Assembly: GCA_913030915.1 (NCBI GenBank)
Contig: CAJWEW010000001.1
Coordinates: 35,225 to 99,224 of the forward strand
Reading direction: 5' to 3'
From: an uncultured Rhodobiaceae bacterium
GTDB lineage: Bacteria; Pseudomonadota; Alphaproteobacteria; Rhizobiales; TMED25
Length of the DNA stretch: 64,000 nt
Shown here: positions 31,360-39,202 of the stretch, one piece after another
How positions within the stretch are numbered: the stretch's first letter is position 1
Layout of the letters: every line of letters starts with the position of its first letter
Translations under genes and position numbers: made by a program
Notes under the pieces: generated by a model
The model's input: only the letters and a program-made list of their open reading frames with translations
What the model was told of the DNA's origin: nothing
The model's database searches: none

Positions 31360-31572
31360 ATGATAGACGAATTTAAATATACATTGATATTATTAGCAAT
31401 TTTTCTTTTATCTGGATATATCTTTCATAAGATTAAGTCCCGCGAAATTAAAAATATAGAGGTGCCACATTTTCTAAGTAGGATTGCAAGCATCCTTGGG
31501 TTGGTGATAATAGTATCTTTCGCATTAGGTATTACTATGGCAGTTATTACAGTAGTAAAATTACTAGGTTGA
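31360..31572 (+). CDS. Small two-TM membrane protein (hypothetical)
   Basis: 70 aa with two hydrophobic helices. It lies 9 bp upstream of the pirin gene on the same strand. No recognisable family. Confidence 0.35.
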   Translation: MIDEFKYTLILLAIFLLSGYIFHKIKSREIKNIEVPHFLSRIASILGLVIIVSFALGITMAVITVVKLLG

Positions 31573-31581
31573 AGGATTGAT

Positions 31582-32484
31582 ATGTCGTTTAGACCAATAA
31601 CAACAATCTCAAAACCGAAATCTGTTATTGAAGGTGCAGGGGTCTCTCTAGATAGAGTTTTTGGCTTCATGGAGCCAGAGAAATTTGACCCATTTTTACT
31701 TTTAGATGATTTTAGAAATGATGACCCAGAATATTATAAGGCTGGGTTTCCGTGGCATCCACACAGAGGTATTGAGACGATAACATACGTCTTGGAGGGA
31801 ACTGTTGAACACAAAGATAGTTTAGGAAATACAGGATTATTATCGGGTGGTGATGTTCAGTGGATGACTGCTGGGTCTGGAATAATGCATCAAGAAATGC
31901 CCCAGGGTAATAAGAACGGTCAGATGCATGGCTTTCAATTATGGGCAAATCTCCCCTCAGAAAAAAAAATGATAACGCCAAGGTATCAAGATATTAAGAT
32001 ATCAAGTATACCCGTTATTGAGGATGACGATGGATCAAAAATTAAAGTTATCGTTGGTAATTATAGAGGGATTCTAGGACCAGTTGATGGCATTGCAGCC
32101 GAGCCAGAGTTTTTGGATGTATCCATACCGCCACATACTCATAAAGTAATAAAAATAGATACATATAAGAAGACTTTTGCATATATTTTTTATGGAAAGG
32201 CAGATTTCAAATATGCTTCAGCTCCAGCTGGAATAAAAGTAGAAAAAGAGTTTGGGGGGAGGGAATTAAATATAAGAGATTTATCGGGTAATAAAACCTT
32301 GATATACTTTGATCCCGGAGAATTTGTCTCTCTTCATACAGGTGAAGAAGGTGTTAGGTTCCTTCTTGTTTCAGGAAAGCCGATCAGGGAGCCGATTGCA
32401 TGGCACGGTCCAATCGTCATGAATTCACGAAATGAGCTGATGCAAGCGATGCATGAATTAAATACAGGTCAGTTTATTAAATAA
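31582..32484 (+). CDS. Pirin family protein (bicupin, quercetinase-like)
   Basis: 300 aa. 'GFPWHPHRGIETITYVLEGTVEHKDSLGN' is the pirin signature; C-terminal 'IAWHGPIVMN'. Confidence 0.9.
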   Translation: MSFRPITTISKPKSVIEGAGVSLDRVFGFMEPEKFDPFLLLDDFRNDDPEYYKAGFPWHPHRGIETITYVLEGTVEHKDSLGNTGLLSGGDVQWMTAGSGIMHQEMPQGNKNGQMHGFQLWANLPSEKKMITPRYQDIKISSIPVIEDDDGSKIKVIVGNYRGILGPVDGIAAEPEFLDVSIPPHTHKVIKIDTYKKTFAYIFYGKADFKYASAPAGIKVEKEFGGRELNIRDLSGNKTLIYFDPGEFVSLHTGEEGVRFLLVSGKPIREPIAWHGPIVMNSRNELMQAMHELNTGQFIK

Positions 32485-32510
32485 TTAAAAAGCAGCAAAG
32501 AGGAGAAAAA

Positions 32511-32891
32511 ATGATCAAAAACAAATTATTTGTGAAGGGGGGCTGTCCTTTTTCATATAAGTTCATAATTTTTCTGAATGAGATAGATAAACTTGAAGAT
32601 TTTGATATTAATGTGGCTCATGCCGATGAACCTTCATACGAGGAAATTACTATGTATATACTTGATAAATCAGGTCAAAAGGCAAGTTTCCCAACCGTTG
32701 AAACAGATGATGGTATCTTCCTAGTGGGGTCTGACGAGTTAATTTTACATTATTCTGAAATTTATAAAACAAACAGGGATGATATAAAAATGCTTAATTA
32801 TTGGGAAAAAAATATGATGCCGAGAATGCGGAATGTAATAAAGCAATTGAGAGAAGCAAACGAGAGAATTGAAAGCATAAGTCAAAAATAG
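32511..32891 (+). CDS. Thioredoxin-fold protein (glutaredoxin / GST-N-terminal-like)
   Basis: 126 aa. 'GGCPFSYKF' active-site-like motif and 'FPTVETDDGIFLVGSDELILHY', typical of the GST-N/Grx fold. Confidence 0.5.
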   Translation: MIKNKLFVKGGCPFSYKFIIFLNEIDKLEDFDINVAHADEPSYEEITMYILDKSGQKASFPTVETDDGIFLVGSDELILHYSEIYKTNRDDIKMLNYWEKNMMPRMRNVIKQLREANERIESISQK

Positions 32892-32899
32892 TGTGAAAT

Positions 32900-33550
32900 G
32901 TGAATCTTAGTCAGAGTATTGATATATATTGTGAGAGAGTATCTTCTGAAGTATTCTCTGAACCAATAAACTTTTTCACTAATCTTGCTTTTTGGGTCGC
33001 CTTCTTTTTATTGCTAAAAAAATATAATAAAAAAAATTATGAACATCTAAACCTGAGAATTTATTCCTCAATACTTATATTTCTTGTTTTTATAATAGGT
33101 ACGGGCAGTTTTCTTTTCCATTTATTCGGAAATCTATGGTCATTAATAGCTGATACGGTTCCAATATTGATTTTTATAATCTTATACCTTTATCTCGCCG
33201 TCCGATTCTATCTTGAACAAACTCAAGTTATTTCTTTTTTTTCAATATTTTTATTTTTATTTTTAAATTATTCATTGAGTTATTCTGGCGTTGAGGAGGT
33301 ATCCTCATACCTGATGGCTCTATTTTCTATGTTAATTATTGCATGTGTTGCATATAGAAAAAATAAAAGGGATATCTCATATGGACTATTTCTCACATCT
33401 CTCATCTTCATGGTATCACTTGGATTTAGGCAGCTTGATTTATTTACTTGTGCACAATTTTCACATGGCACACATTGGATATGGCATATATTGAACTCGA
33501 TATTGTTATATACTCTCGTTATATTATTTATTGAAAGAAAAATTCGTTGA
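32900..33550 (+). CDS. Ceramidase-domain (CREST-type) 7-TM membrane hydrolase-like protein
   Basis: 216 aa with a GTG start and about 7 TM helices. N-terminal 'IYCERVSSEVFSEPINFFTNLAF' and C-terminal 'HGTHWIWHILN' (HxxxH) match the bacterial ceramidase-domain family pattern as I recall it. Confidence 0.55.
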   Translation: MNLSQSIDIYCERVSSEVFSEPINFFTNLAFWVAFFLLLKKYNKKNYEHLNLRIYSSILIFLVFIIGTGSFLFHLFGNLWSLIADTVPILIFIILYLYLAVRFYLEQTQVISFFSIFLFLFLNYSLSYSGVEEVSSYLMALFSMLIIACVAYRKNKRDISYGLFLTSLIFMVSLGFRQLDLFTCAQFSHGTHWIWHILNSILLYTLVILFIERKIR

Positions 33551-33870
33551 ATTTTATTATGATTTATACGACATGTACGTCAGAAGACGAAGCGGCACAT
33601 ATTTCAAAGATTTTATTGGATAAGAATTTGATTGCGTGCAGTAATATCATTCCAAAGACCTTATCCATCTTTGAGTGGGACAGCAAGATTTCTAGTCAAA
33701 GTGAGTGTGCGTTACTACTAAAGACAATTGAAGAAAATTTTGATGGGGTATCTGCACTCATTAAAGAAAATCATTCATATGAAATGCCGTGTATTTTGAG
33801 CTTTCCTATCAAAAATATTGATAGTGATTTTGGTGATTGGGTAGAGAAAATAACAAAAAAACAGGTTTGA
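33547..33870 (+). CDS. cutA: Divalent-cation tolerance protein CutA
   Basis: 107 aa in the track (TTG). The likely true start is the ATG at 33559 ('MIYTTCTSEDEA...'). 'LIACSNIIP...SIFEWDSKI' and 'HSYEMPCILSFPI' are CutA1-like. Confidence 0.8.
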   Translation: MNFIMIYTTCTSEDEAAHISKILLDKNLIACSNIIPKTLSIFEWDSKISSQSECALLLKTIEENFDGVSALIKENHSYEMPCILSFPIKNIDSDFGDWVEKITKKQV

Positions 33871-33874
33871 ATTT

Positions 33875-34561
33875 ATGAGTAAAAGTTTATTCGAAAGGAT
33901 AAAGAATAATCGATTTTTCCAAGCTTTTGTTATTATTGCAATTATATTATCAGCCTTCCTGGTTGGTGTTTCAACATATAATATACCTGCACCAACAGTT
34001 GCATTTATTTACTTTTTAGACACTCTAATTACAATTTTCTTTGTTATCGAAATTTGTATAAGATTCTTTGCAGAGGATAAAAAATTATATTTTTTTAAAA
34101 ATGGCTGGAATGTTTTTGATACTTTAATTGTGATAATTTCGATCATTCCAATTGGCCCAAACTCATCAATACTGGTGCTAAGATTATTGAGAATATTCAG
34201 AGTTTTGAGATTAATATCTGCCATACCTGAGCTTAAAGAACTGATAGAGGCACTATTAAAATCAATCAAAAGAGTATTTTATGTATCCTTGCTCCTATTC
34301 ATAATAATTTATGTTTATGCTTCATTTGGAAGCATTTTGTTCGGACAATCAGATCCTCAGAGATGGGGAGATCTTGGAATATCGATGATTACCCTTGTTC
34401 AAGTTCTCACACTATCAAGTTGGGAAAATGTAATGTTACCTATGCAGGAGATATTTTGGTGGGCATGGGTATACTTCTTTAGTTTTGTCGCAATAGGATC
34501 AATAACAATCCTAAATTTGATTATTGCAGTTTTAGTTGACGTAATAACAAAGCAAAAATAG
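33875..34561 (+). CDS. Voltage-gated cation channel, BacNaV (NaChBac/NavRh) family
   Basis: 228 aa with six TM segments. S4 'LVLRLLRIFRVLRLISAIPELK' has four Arg at every third position; pore 'LVQVLTLSSWENVM'; S6 ends at 'LVDVITKQK', so there is no C-terminal coiled coil. Confidence 0.9.
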   Translation: MSKSLFERIKNNRFFQAFVIIAIILSAFLVGVSTYNIPAPTVAFIYFLDTLITIFFVIEICIRFFAEDKKLYFFKNGWNVFDTLIVIISIIPIGPNSSILVLRLLRIFRVLRLISAIPELKELIEALLKSIKRVFYVSLLLFIIIYVYASFGSILFGQSDPQRWGDLGISMITLVQVLTLSSWENVMLPMQEIFWWAWVYFFSFVAIGSITILNLIIAVLVDVITKQK

Positions 34562-34596
34562 TTAACATAAAGTTACTACTTTTTTATAAAAAAACA

Positions 34597-34672
34597 TTGT
34601 TTTTAGCATATTTTTCCAATATTTTAGGTGTAAGGAAATAAGGGGTTATATAGTTAATTTTTAAAAGGGAGA
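34597..34672 (+). promoter_or_regulatory. Candidate sigma70-like promoter and strong Shine-Dalgarno for the rhodopsin gene
   Basis: 'TTGTTT' (34597-34602), a 17-nt spacer, then 'TATTTT' (34620-34625). 'AAGGGAGA' at 34665-34672 lies 6 nt before the ATG. The promoter match is weak evidence in an AT-rich genome; the SD is clear. Confidence 0.3.
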
Positions 34673-34678
34673 ACTATT

Positions 34679-35368
34679 ATGACAACAGGACAACTCAATC
34701 CAGCTGATTACGTCGGCGTAAGTTTCTGGATTATATCTGCAGCTATGGTTGCAGCAACATTCTTTTTCTGGGTAGAAAGAGATCGCGCAGTTGGTAAATG
34801 GAAAACATCTCTAACTGTAGCCGCAATGGTTACAGGTATTGCTGCCATCCACTATTTCTACATGCGTGATGTTTGGGTTAGCACAGGCGAGTCCCCAATC
34901 GTATTCCGATATGTAGACTGGCTTTTAACCGTACCACTTCAAATTGTTGAATTCTACTTAATACTGGCAGCTATTGCTGTGGTTGCAGCGTCGCTATTCT
35001 GGCGCCTGCTGATCGCATCAATTGTAATGCTAGTTGCCGGTTATCTCGGTGAAGTTGGTGCAATGAATGTCTGGCTTGCGTTCATTATCGGAATGGCAGG
35101 TTGGATCTACATCATTTACGAAATATTTGCTGGTGAAGCAAGTAAAATTAGTGCAAGTGATGGTACTCCAGCATCTCAACGAGCATTTAATGCTTTGAGA
35201 ATCATTGTAACAGTCGGTTGGGCAATTTACCCACTCGGCTATGTACTTGGTTATGCTGGTGCCGGAAGTGCAGATGCGCTTAACATCATATACAACCTTG
35301 CTGATTTTGTTAACAAAATCGCATTTGGTGTTGTTATATGGGTTGCTGCTACATCTGACGCAAAATAA
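34679..35368 (+). CDS. Proteorhodopsin (light-driven proton pump), blue-tuned Gln105 type
   Basis: 229 aa with 7 TM helices. It aligns by eye along its whole length to green PR. 'FRYVDWLLTVPLQIVEFYLIL' gives Arg94, Asp97, Thr101, Gln105 and Glu108; 'IHYFYM' gives His75; 'YNLADFVNKIAFG' gives Asp227 and the Schiff-base Lys231. Confidence 0.95.
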   Translation: MTTGQLNPADYVGVSFWIISAAMVAATFFFWVERDRAVGKWKTSLTVAAMVTGIAAIHYFYMRDVWVSTGESPIVFRYVDWLLTVPLQIVEFYLILAAIAVVAASLFWRLLIASIVMLVAGYLGEVGAMNVWLAFIIGMAGWIYIIYEIFAGEASKISASDGTPASQRAFNALRIIVTVGWAIYPLGYVLGYAGAGSADALNIIYNLADFVNKIAFGVVIWVAATSDAK

Positions 35369-35375
35369 TAACAAC

Positions 35376-35404
35376 GTTGGTGGTTGTCTAGTACAACCAC
35401 CAAC
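35376..35404 (+). terminator. Perfect 12-bp stem hairpin immediately after the rhodopsin stop
   Basis: 'GTTGGTGGTTGT' (35376-35387), loop 'CTAGT', then 'ACAACCACCAAC' (35393-35404). It starts 8 nt after the TAA. No U-tract follows ('ACTTATAACC'). Confidence 0.5.
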
Positions 35405-35431
35405 ACTTATAACCCCCTAAACTTCCTTCTT

Positions 35432-35791
35432 ATGAAAAAGCCTACCATTCAAGTAATTTATAATCATTCTTGCTCGATCTGTAGGTTCGAAATTAATCAC
35501 TATAAAAAACAAAATACAGATACAATTCAGTATCTAGATTTGCATCAAAATTTACCTGAGAAATTGGGCTCAATCGATAAAGCTAAATTGATTAGAAAAC
35601 TTCATGTATGTGAAGGGGATAAGGTTTATATTGGCGTAGATGCATTTAAGTTAATTTGGTCAAAGATTGATCGCTATAAGCTTCTTGCAAAACTGCTTGA
35701 CTTTAAAGTTGTATATTTTCTCGCAACGCATTTATATGAAGTGCTGGCTTTTTTTTTATATCTAAAAAACCGGAAACAAATTAATGAGTAA
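35432..35791 (+). CDS. DCC-family thiol-disulfide oxidoreductase (DUF393)
   Basis: The track ORF starts at 35384 with a non-ATG codon inside the hairpin. The ATG at 35432 gives 'MKKPTIQVIYNHSCSICRFEINHY...' with the DCC CxxC motif and 'IGVDAFKLIWSKI'. Confidence 0.65.
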   Translation: MKKPTIQVIYNHSCSICRFEINHYKKQNTDTIQYLDLHQNLPEKLGSIDKAKLIRKLHVCEGDKVYIGVDAFKLIWSKIDRYKLLAKLLDFKVVYFLATHLYEVLAFFLYLKNRKQINE

Positions 35792-35909
35792 AAATCTGCC
35801 TGAAAAAATTTGTGTTAGGTGCAAAAAACCTTTCAGCTGGAGAAAAAAGTGGAAACTAAATTGGAGTGACGTCAAATATTGTTCAAAGCGATGTAGGGAT
35901 AATAAGTAA
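35784..35909 (+). CDS. DUF2256 zinc-ribbon mini-protein (41 aa), not in the ORF track
   Basis: Hand translation: 'MSKNLPEKICVRCKKPFSWRKKWKLNWSDVKYCSKRCRDNK*'. The pattern CxxC...F.WRKKW...W..VKYCS.RC is the DUF2256 pattern. Its ATG overlaps the DCC stop by 8 nt (35784-35791), in a different frame. Confidence 0.7.
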   Translation: MSKNLPEKICVRCKKPFSWRKKWKLNWSDVKYCSKRCRDNK

Positions 35910-35912
35910 TCT

Positions 35913-37664
35913 TCATGTTGAATATAGCGCTCTCAAAGCCTCCTCATATTTTTCAAGCACCTTATACCTTTTTATTTTCATAGATGGGGTCATCATTTCA
36001 TTTTCTACTGTAAATTCTTCATCAACAATAATATAGTTTTTTACTTTTTCGATAGTTGAAAGTTGATCGTTAACTCTTTTCAGTGCTTCATCAATAATCT
36101 TTTTTGAGGGCTCCATATCATTTATAAAACTTTTATCAATAACAATAATTGCTACTAGATATTTTTCTCCATCTCCATATACCATTGCCTGATTTATTCC
36201 AGGCTCCATTACCAGCATGGTTTCTATTTTCGTAGGAGAAATATTATCCCCACCAGAATTTACGATGATGTCTTTCATTCTATCTGTAATAACTAAGTAG
36301 TCGTCCTTATCAAAAACCCCAACATCACCAGTTTTTAACCATTCTCCTGAAAATGCATTTTTTGTTGCATCCGGATCTTTAAAATAGCCATTCATTACAT
36401 TTTCACCTTTGACAAGAATCTCGCTCTCATCTGATATCTTCACATCAGTATTAGGCAACAATCGACCTACGGTATCGATCTTGTTATTTTTTGGGTAATT
36501 TACAGATATTACGGGTCCACTCTCTGTTTGCCCATATCCTTGGTAGATTGGAATACCAAGAGAGTATAGAGATATTCCAACATCATAATTTAGAGCAGCA
36601 CCACCCGAGATCAGCCCTACCAATCTGCCCCCAAATCTATTTCCGATCTTTTTTCGAACCAAAAGAGATAAAATTTTATTATACATTTTACTCCCAAGTG
36701 AGAGTTTATCATACTCATACAATTTCCGCCCTAATGCGATTGTGTCATTAAATAATTTCTGTTTTAATTTACTTTCTTTGCTCATTTGTAGAGAAATCTT
36801 CTGTAAAAGGCTTTCATAAAACCTAGGAACCGCAGACATCAAGTGAGGCCTTACCTCACTAAGATTTTGAAGTAGCTTGTCTAGACTTTCTGCATAGTAA
36901 ATCTGGTTACCCGAATATAAATTATAAAACTGCAAGGTATGCTCGTATGAATGTGACAGTGGGAGCCATGATAAAAAAAGTACATTCTCAATATCATTTA
37001 GCTCCGGTCCGAGTATTTTGAAGGCACCTTCGCAATTATGAAGAATTGAACCATGACTTAACATCACACCCTTTGGGAAGCCAGAAGTTCCTGAGGTATA
37101 TATGATGCATGCAATATCTTTTCTATTTTTTCTTATTGCCTGATAAGAGATATGATCTATATTATTGTCAGCAGGCTTGCTCTGAATTTCATCCCATTTA
37201 TGTATTGTAATTAAATTATTTTTTTTTGGTCCAAAATCATCGATAATTATTACATCCCGTTCTATGTTCAGTTTATTTAAAGCTAACTCAACTTTTGAAT
37301 ATAACAACTCAGAGGATACAATTATAACTTTTGTTTCGGAGTGGCTTATTAAATATTCATAGTCTTGCGATGTAATTGTTGTGTATGCTGGGACTGATAT
37401 CCCATCTGCTGCCATTATGGCTAAGTCACTTATTTGCCATTCAGGCCTATTTTCTGAGACAAGCATCACTTTTGAGTCACTTTCAACACCTATTTTTTTT
37501 AGATAGTTTGCTAATTTTTTAACTCGAAGGTATGTGTCATTCCAACTCAGGAATTGATAATGCTTGTTATTTTTTGACCAAAGATATGGCGCATCACCAT
37601 ATTTCTCCGTTTGGTCACAAAAAACAGACAGTAGATTTCGATATTTTTGGATAGAGTCAGACAT
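35913..37664 (-). CDS. Long-chain acyl-CoA synthetase (AMP-forming ligase, FadD-like)
   Basis: 583 aa. AMP-binding 'IIYTSGTSGFPKGVMLSH', 'GYGQTESG' and 'WLKTGDVG'. Confidence 0.85.
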   Translation of the reverse strand: MSDSIQKYRNLLSVFCDQTEKYGDAPYLWSKNNKHYQFLSWNDTYLRVKKLANYLKKIGVESDSKVMLVSENRPEWQISDLAIMAADGISVPAYTTITSQDYEYLISHSETKVIIVSSELLYSKVELALNKLNIERDVIIIDDFGPKKNNLITIHKWDEIQSKPADNNIDHISYQAIRKNRKDIACIIYTSGTSGFPKGVMLSHGSILHNCEGAFKILGPELNDIENVLFLSWLPLSHSYEHTLQFYNLYSGNQIYYAESLDKLLQNLSEVRPHLMSAVPRFYESLLQKISLQMSKESKLKQKLFNDTIALGRKLYEYDKLSLGSKMYNKILSLLVRKKIGNRFGGRLVGLISGGAALNYDVGISLYSLGIPIYQGYGQTESGPVISVNYPKNNKIDTVGRLLPNTDVKISDESEILVKGENVMNGYFKDPDATKNAFSGEWLKTGDVGVFDKDDYLVITDRMKDIIVNSGGDNISPTKIETMLVMEPGINQAMVYGDGEKYLVAIIVIDKSFINDMEPSKKIIDEALKRVNDQLSTIEKVKNYIIVDEEFTVENEMMTPSMKIKRYKVLEKYEEALRALYST

Positions 37665-37717
37665 AAAGAATTATCTCATAATTATGGATATATTGAAAGT
37701 CTGGTTATTTTGCACTC

Positions 37718-39196
37718 TCAATTATTTTCTCGACAAATTTTGCTAATTGTTTGTCTTAGGAAACTATTTCTGTCAACTGCCACTTCTTGATGGTAACAAC
37801 GTGTTCTTGGGTACCAAATATTAATACCATCTAGCCATCTCCAGTCCCAAGGCCTGTTAAGAAGTACATGTGTGTTAATGCCTGCTGCGCCGGCAATGTG
37901 TATTGTTGTGTTGTCAATAGATACAATAAAATCACAAGCGCCTGCCAAATTTAGTAGGCCATCGATGTCATTAAAAAGATCTATTGCTTCATCGTTATAA
38001 ATGGTTACACCAAGTTTACGGCTCACTTGGTTGATCTCTTCGATTGACGAGTTATATTGAAGATTTACGTAGACATAATCATGCATTGAATTTCCAAATG
38101 ATTTTATAAAGTTTAACAAACTATAACTGCGATCTTTGCCAGACTGATTATTTTCAGAAAACCAGCTAATGCCACAAATCTTTTTTTCACCTTTTAATTT
38201 TCCTTTTATCCTGTTTACCTCCTTATCATCAAAATTCAATATGACTTGGTTTGTTTTTGGATCTTGATCTGGCTTTGCATTATATTTTAGTAGACCAAAC
38301 ATTGATAAATGCTCATCATATTTAATTTTTTTAATATCATAATCATTCGGTAAAAACGTAATATTTTTATCAAAACTCCTGCTAAAAATTCCCTGTAGCC
38401 GTGGATCGCACAAAATAAATATCTCATCAAAATTGTTCATAGGCTTATTAAAAAAAAGTGAGCACATGATCTGATCTCCAGGTCCTTGTTCATCCCATAT
38501 CAATAACTTCTTTCCACGGGAAGAGCCATTCCATTCTGCTGTCTCAAAATTATATCTCTTCGATAAGAATGATGGGCTATTCCAGCGATGATCAAATAAT
38601 TCCCAGCCTATTTCGAAATTTTTTTGTTTTAAATTGGTAAAACCCCTGAAGTACATTGCCTCATAATGCTGAGGTTGTGACTTTATAATCTCTTTAAATG
38701 TATGATCCGCCGCTTCAAGTTGGTCGAGCTTATATTCTACAAATCCTTTGGTAACTAATATATCCGTATCTTCGGGGCGTATTTTTATGGCCCTCTCAAT
38801 TTGTTTAAAAGCTGATTGCCATTCACCCTCTCGACCAAGAGCTTTCGCATAATTGTGAATACATGATGCATTATTCGCATTCAAACTTAATGATTTCCTA
38901 TAATCAATGATTGCACGCAAATTGTCATTTTTTCTCCCATATGATAGCGCTCTCCAGAAATAATAGTCAGAATTATTTTTTTTATATTTAATTGCAGAGG
39001 ACAAATAATGGATTGCCTCTTCATAAAATCCTTGGAAAAATTTTACACAGCCCATTTGATGCAGAAGCTCGGAATTATTGCTTGAACTCTTCAATAATTC
39101 TTGAAGTCGAGGCTCGGCATCTCCAATTTTTCCTGAAGATATCAAAGTTCCGATAAAATTTATTTGTTTAGTAATGTTGTTGTCAGAGTTTATCAT
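37718..39196 (-). CDS. TPR-repeat protein with C-terminal GT9-like (heptosyltransferase-fold) domain
   Basis: 492 aa. The N-terminal half has TPR-like repeats ('YEEAIHYLSSAIKYKKNN', 'WQSAFKQIERAIKIRPED'). The C-terminal 'LLIWDEQGPGDQIM' and 'SIDNTTIHIAGAAGINTHVLL..PWDWRW' resemble GT9 motifs. Confidence 0.6.
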   Translation of the reverse strand: MINSDNNITKQINFIGTLISSGKIGDAEPRLQELLKSSSNNSELLHQMGCVKFFQGFYEEAIHYLSSAIKYKKNNSDYYFWRALSYGRKNDNLRAIIDYRKSLSLNANNASCIHNYAKALGREGEWQSAFKQIERAIKIRPEDTDILVTKGFVEYKLDQLEAADHTFKEIIKSQPQHYEAMYFRGFTNLKQKNFEIGWELFDHRWNSPSFLSKRYNFETAEWNGSSRGKKLLIWDEQGPGDQIMCSLFFNKPMNNFDEIFILCDPRLQGIFSRSFDKNITFLPNDYDIKKIKYDEHLSMFGLLKYNAKPDQDPKTNQVILNFDDKEVNRIKGKLKGEKKICGISWFSENNQSGKDRSYSLLNFIKSFGNSMHDYVYVNLQYNSSIEEINQVSRKLGVTIYNDEAIDLFNDIDGLLNLAGACDFIVSIDNTTIHIAGAAGINTHVLLNRPWDWRWLDGINIWYPRTRCYHQEVAVDRNSFLRQTISKICRENN

Positions 39197-39202
39197 GATT
39201 GA

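Noticed and set aside
34580-34594. A/T palindrome TTTTTTATAAAAAA downstream of the channel gene, as a possible terminator
   Set aside because: A stem made only of A:T pairs has negligible stability, so it is not credible as an intrinsic terminator. It may simply be part of the AT-rich promoter region of the rhodopsin gene.
34679-35368. The rhodopsin gene looks GC-richer (about 42-55% in lines I hand-counted) than its neighbours (about 18-42%), suggesting horizontal transfer
   Set aside because: Hand counts of conserved core genes in the same window (trpB around 55141, the crotonase around 25141) reach about 50% too. The elevation therefore tracks conserved, Ala/Gly/Val-rich coding sequence rather than foreign origin. 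A proper sliding-window GC and codon analysis would be needed.
35030-35374. 114-aa Cys-rich ORF antisense to the 3' half of the proteorhodopsin gene
   Set aside because: It lies entirely within a gene whose plus-strand product aligns end to end with proteorhodopsin. It has no RBS and no recognisable motif, and its composition is typical of a shadow ORF in a locally GC-richer gene.
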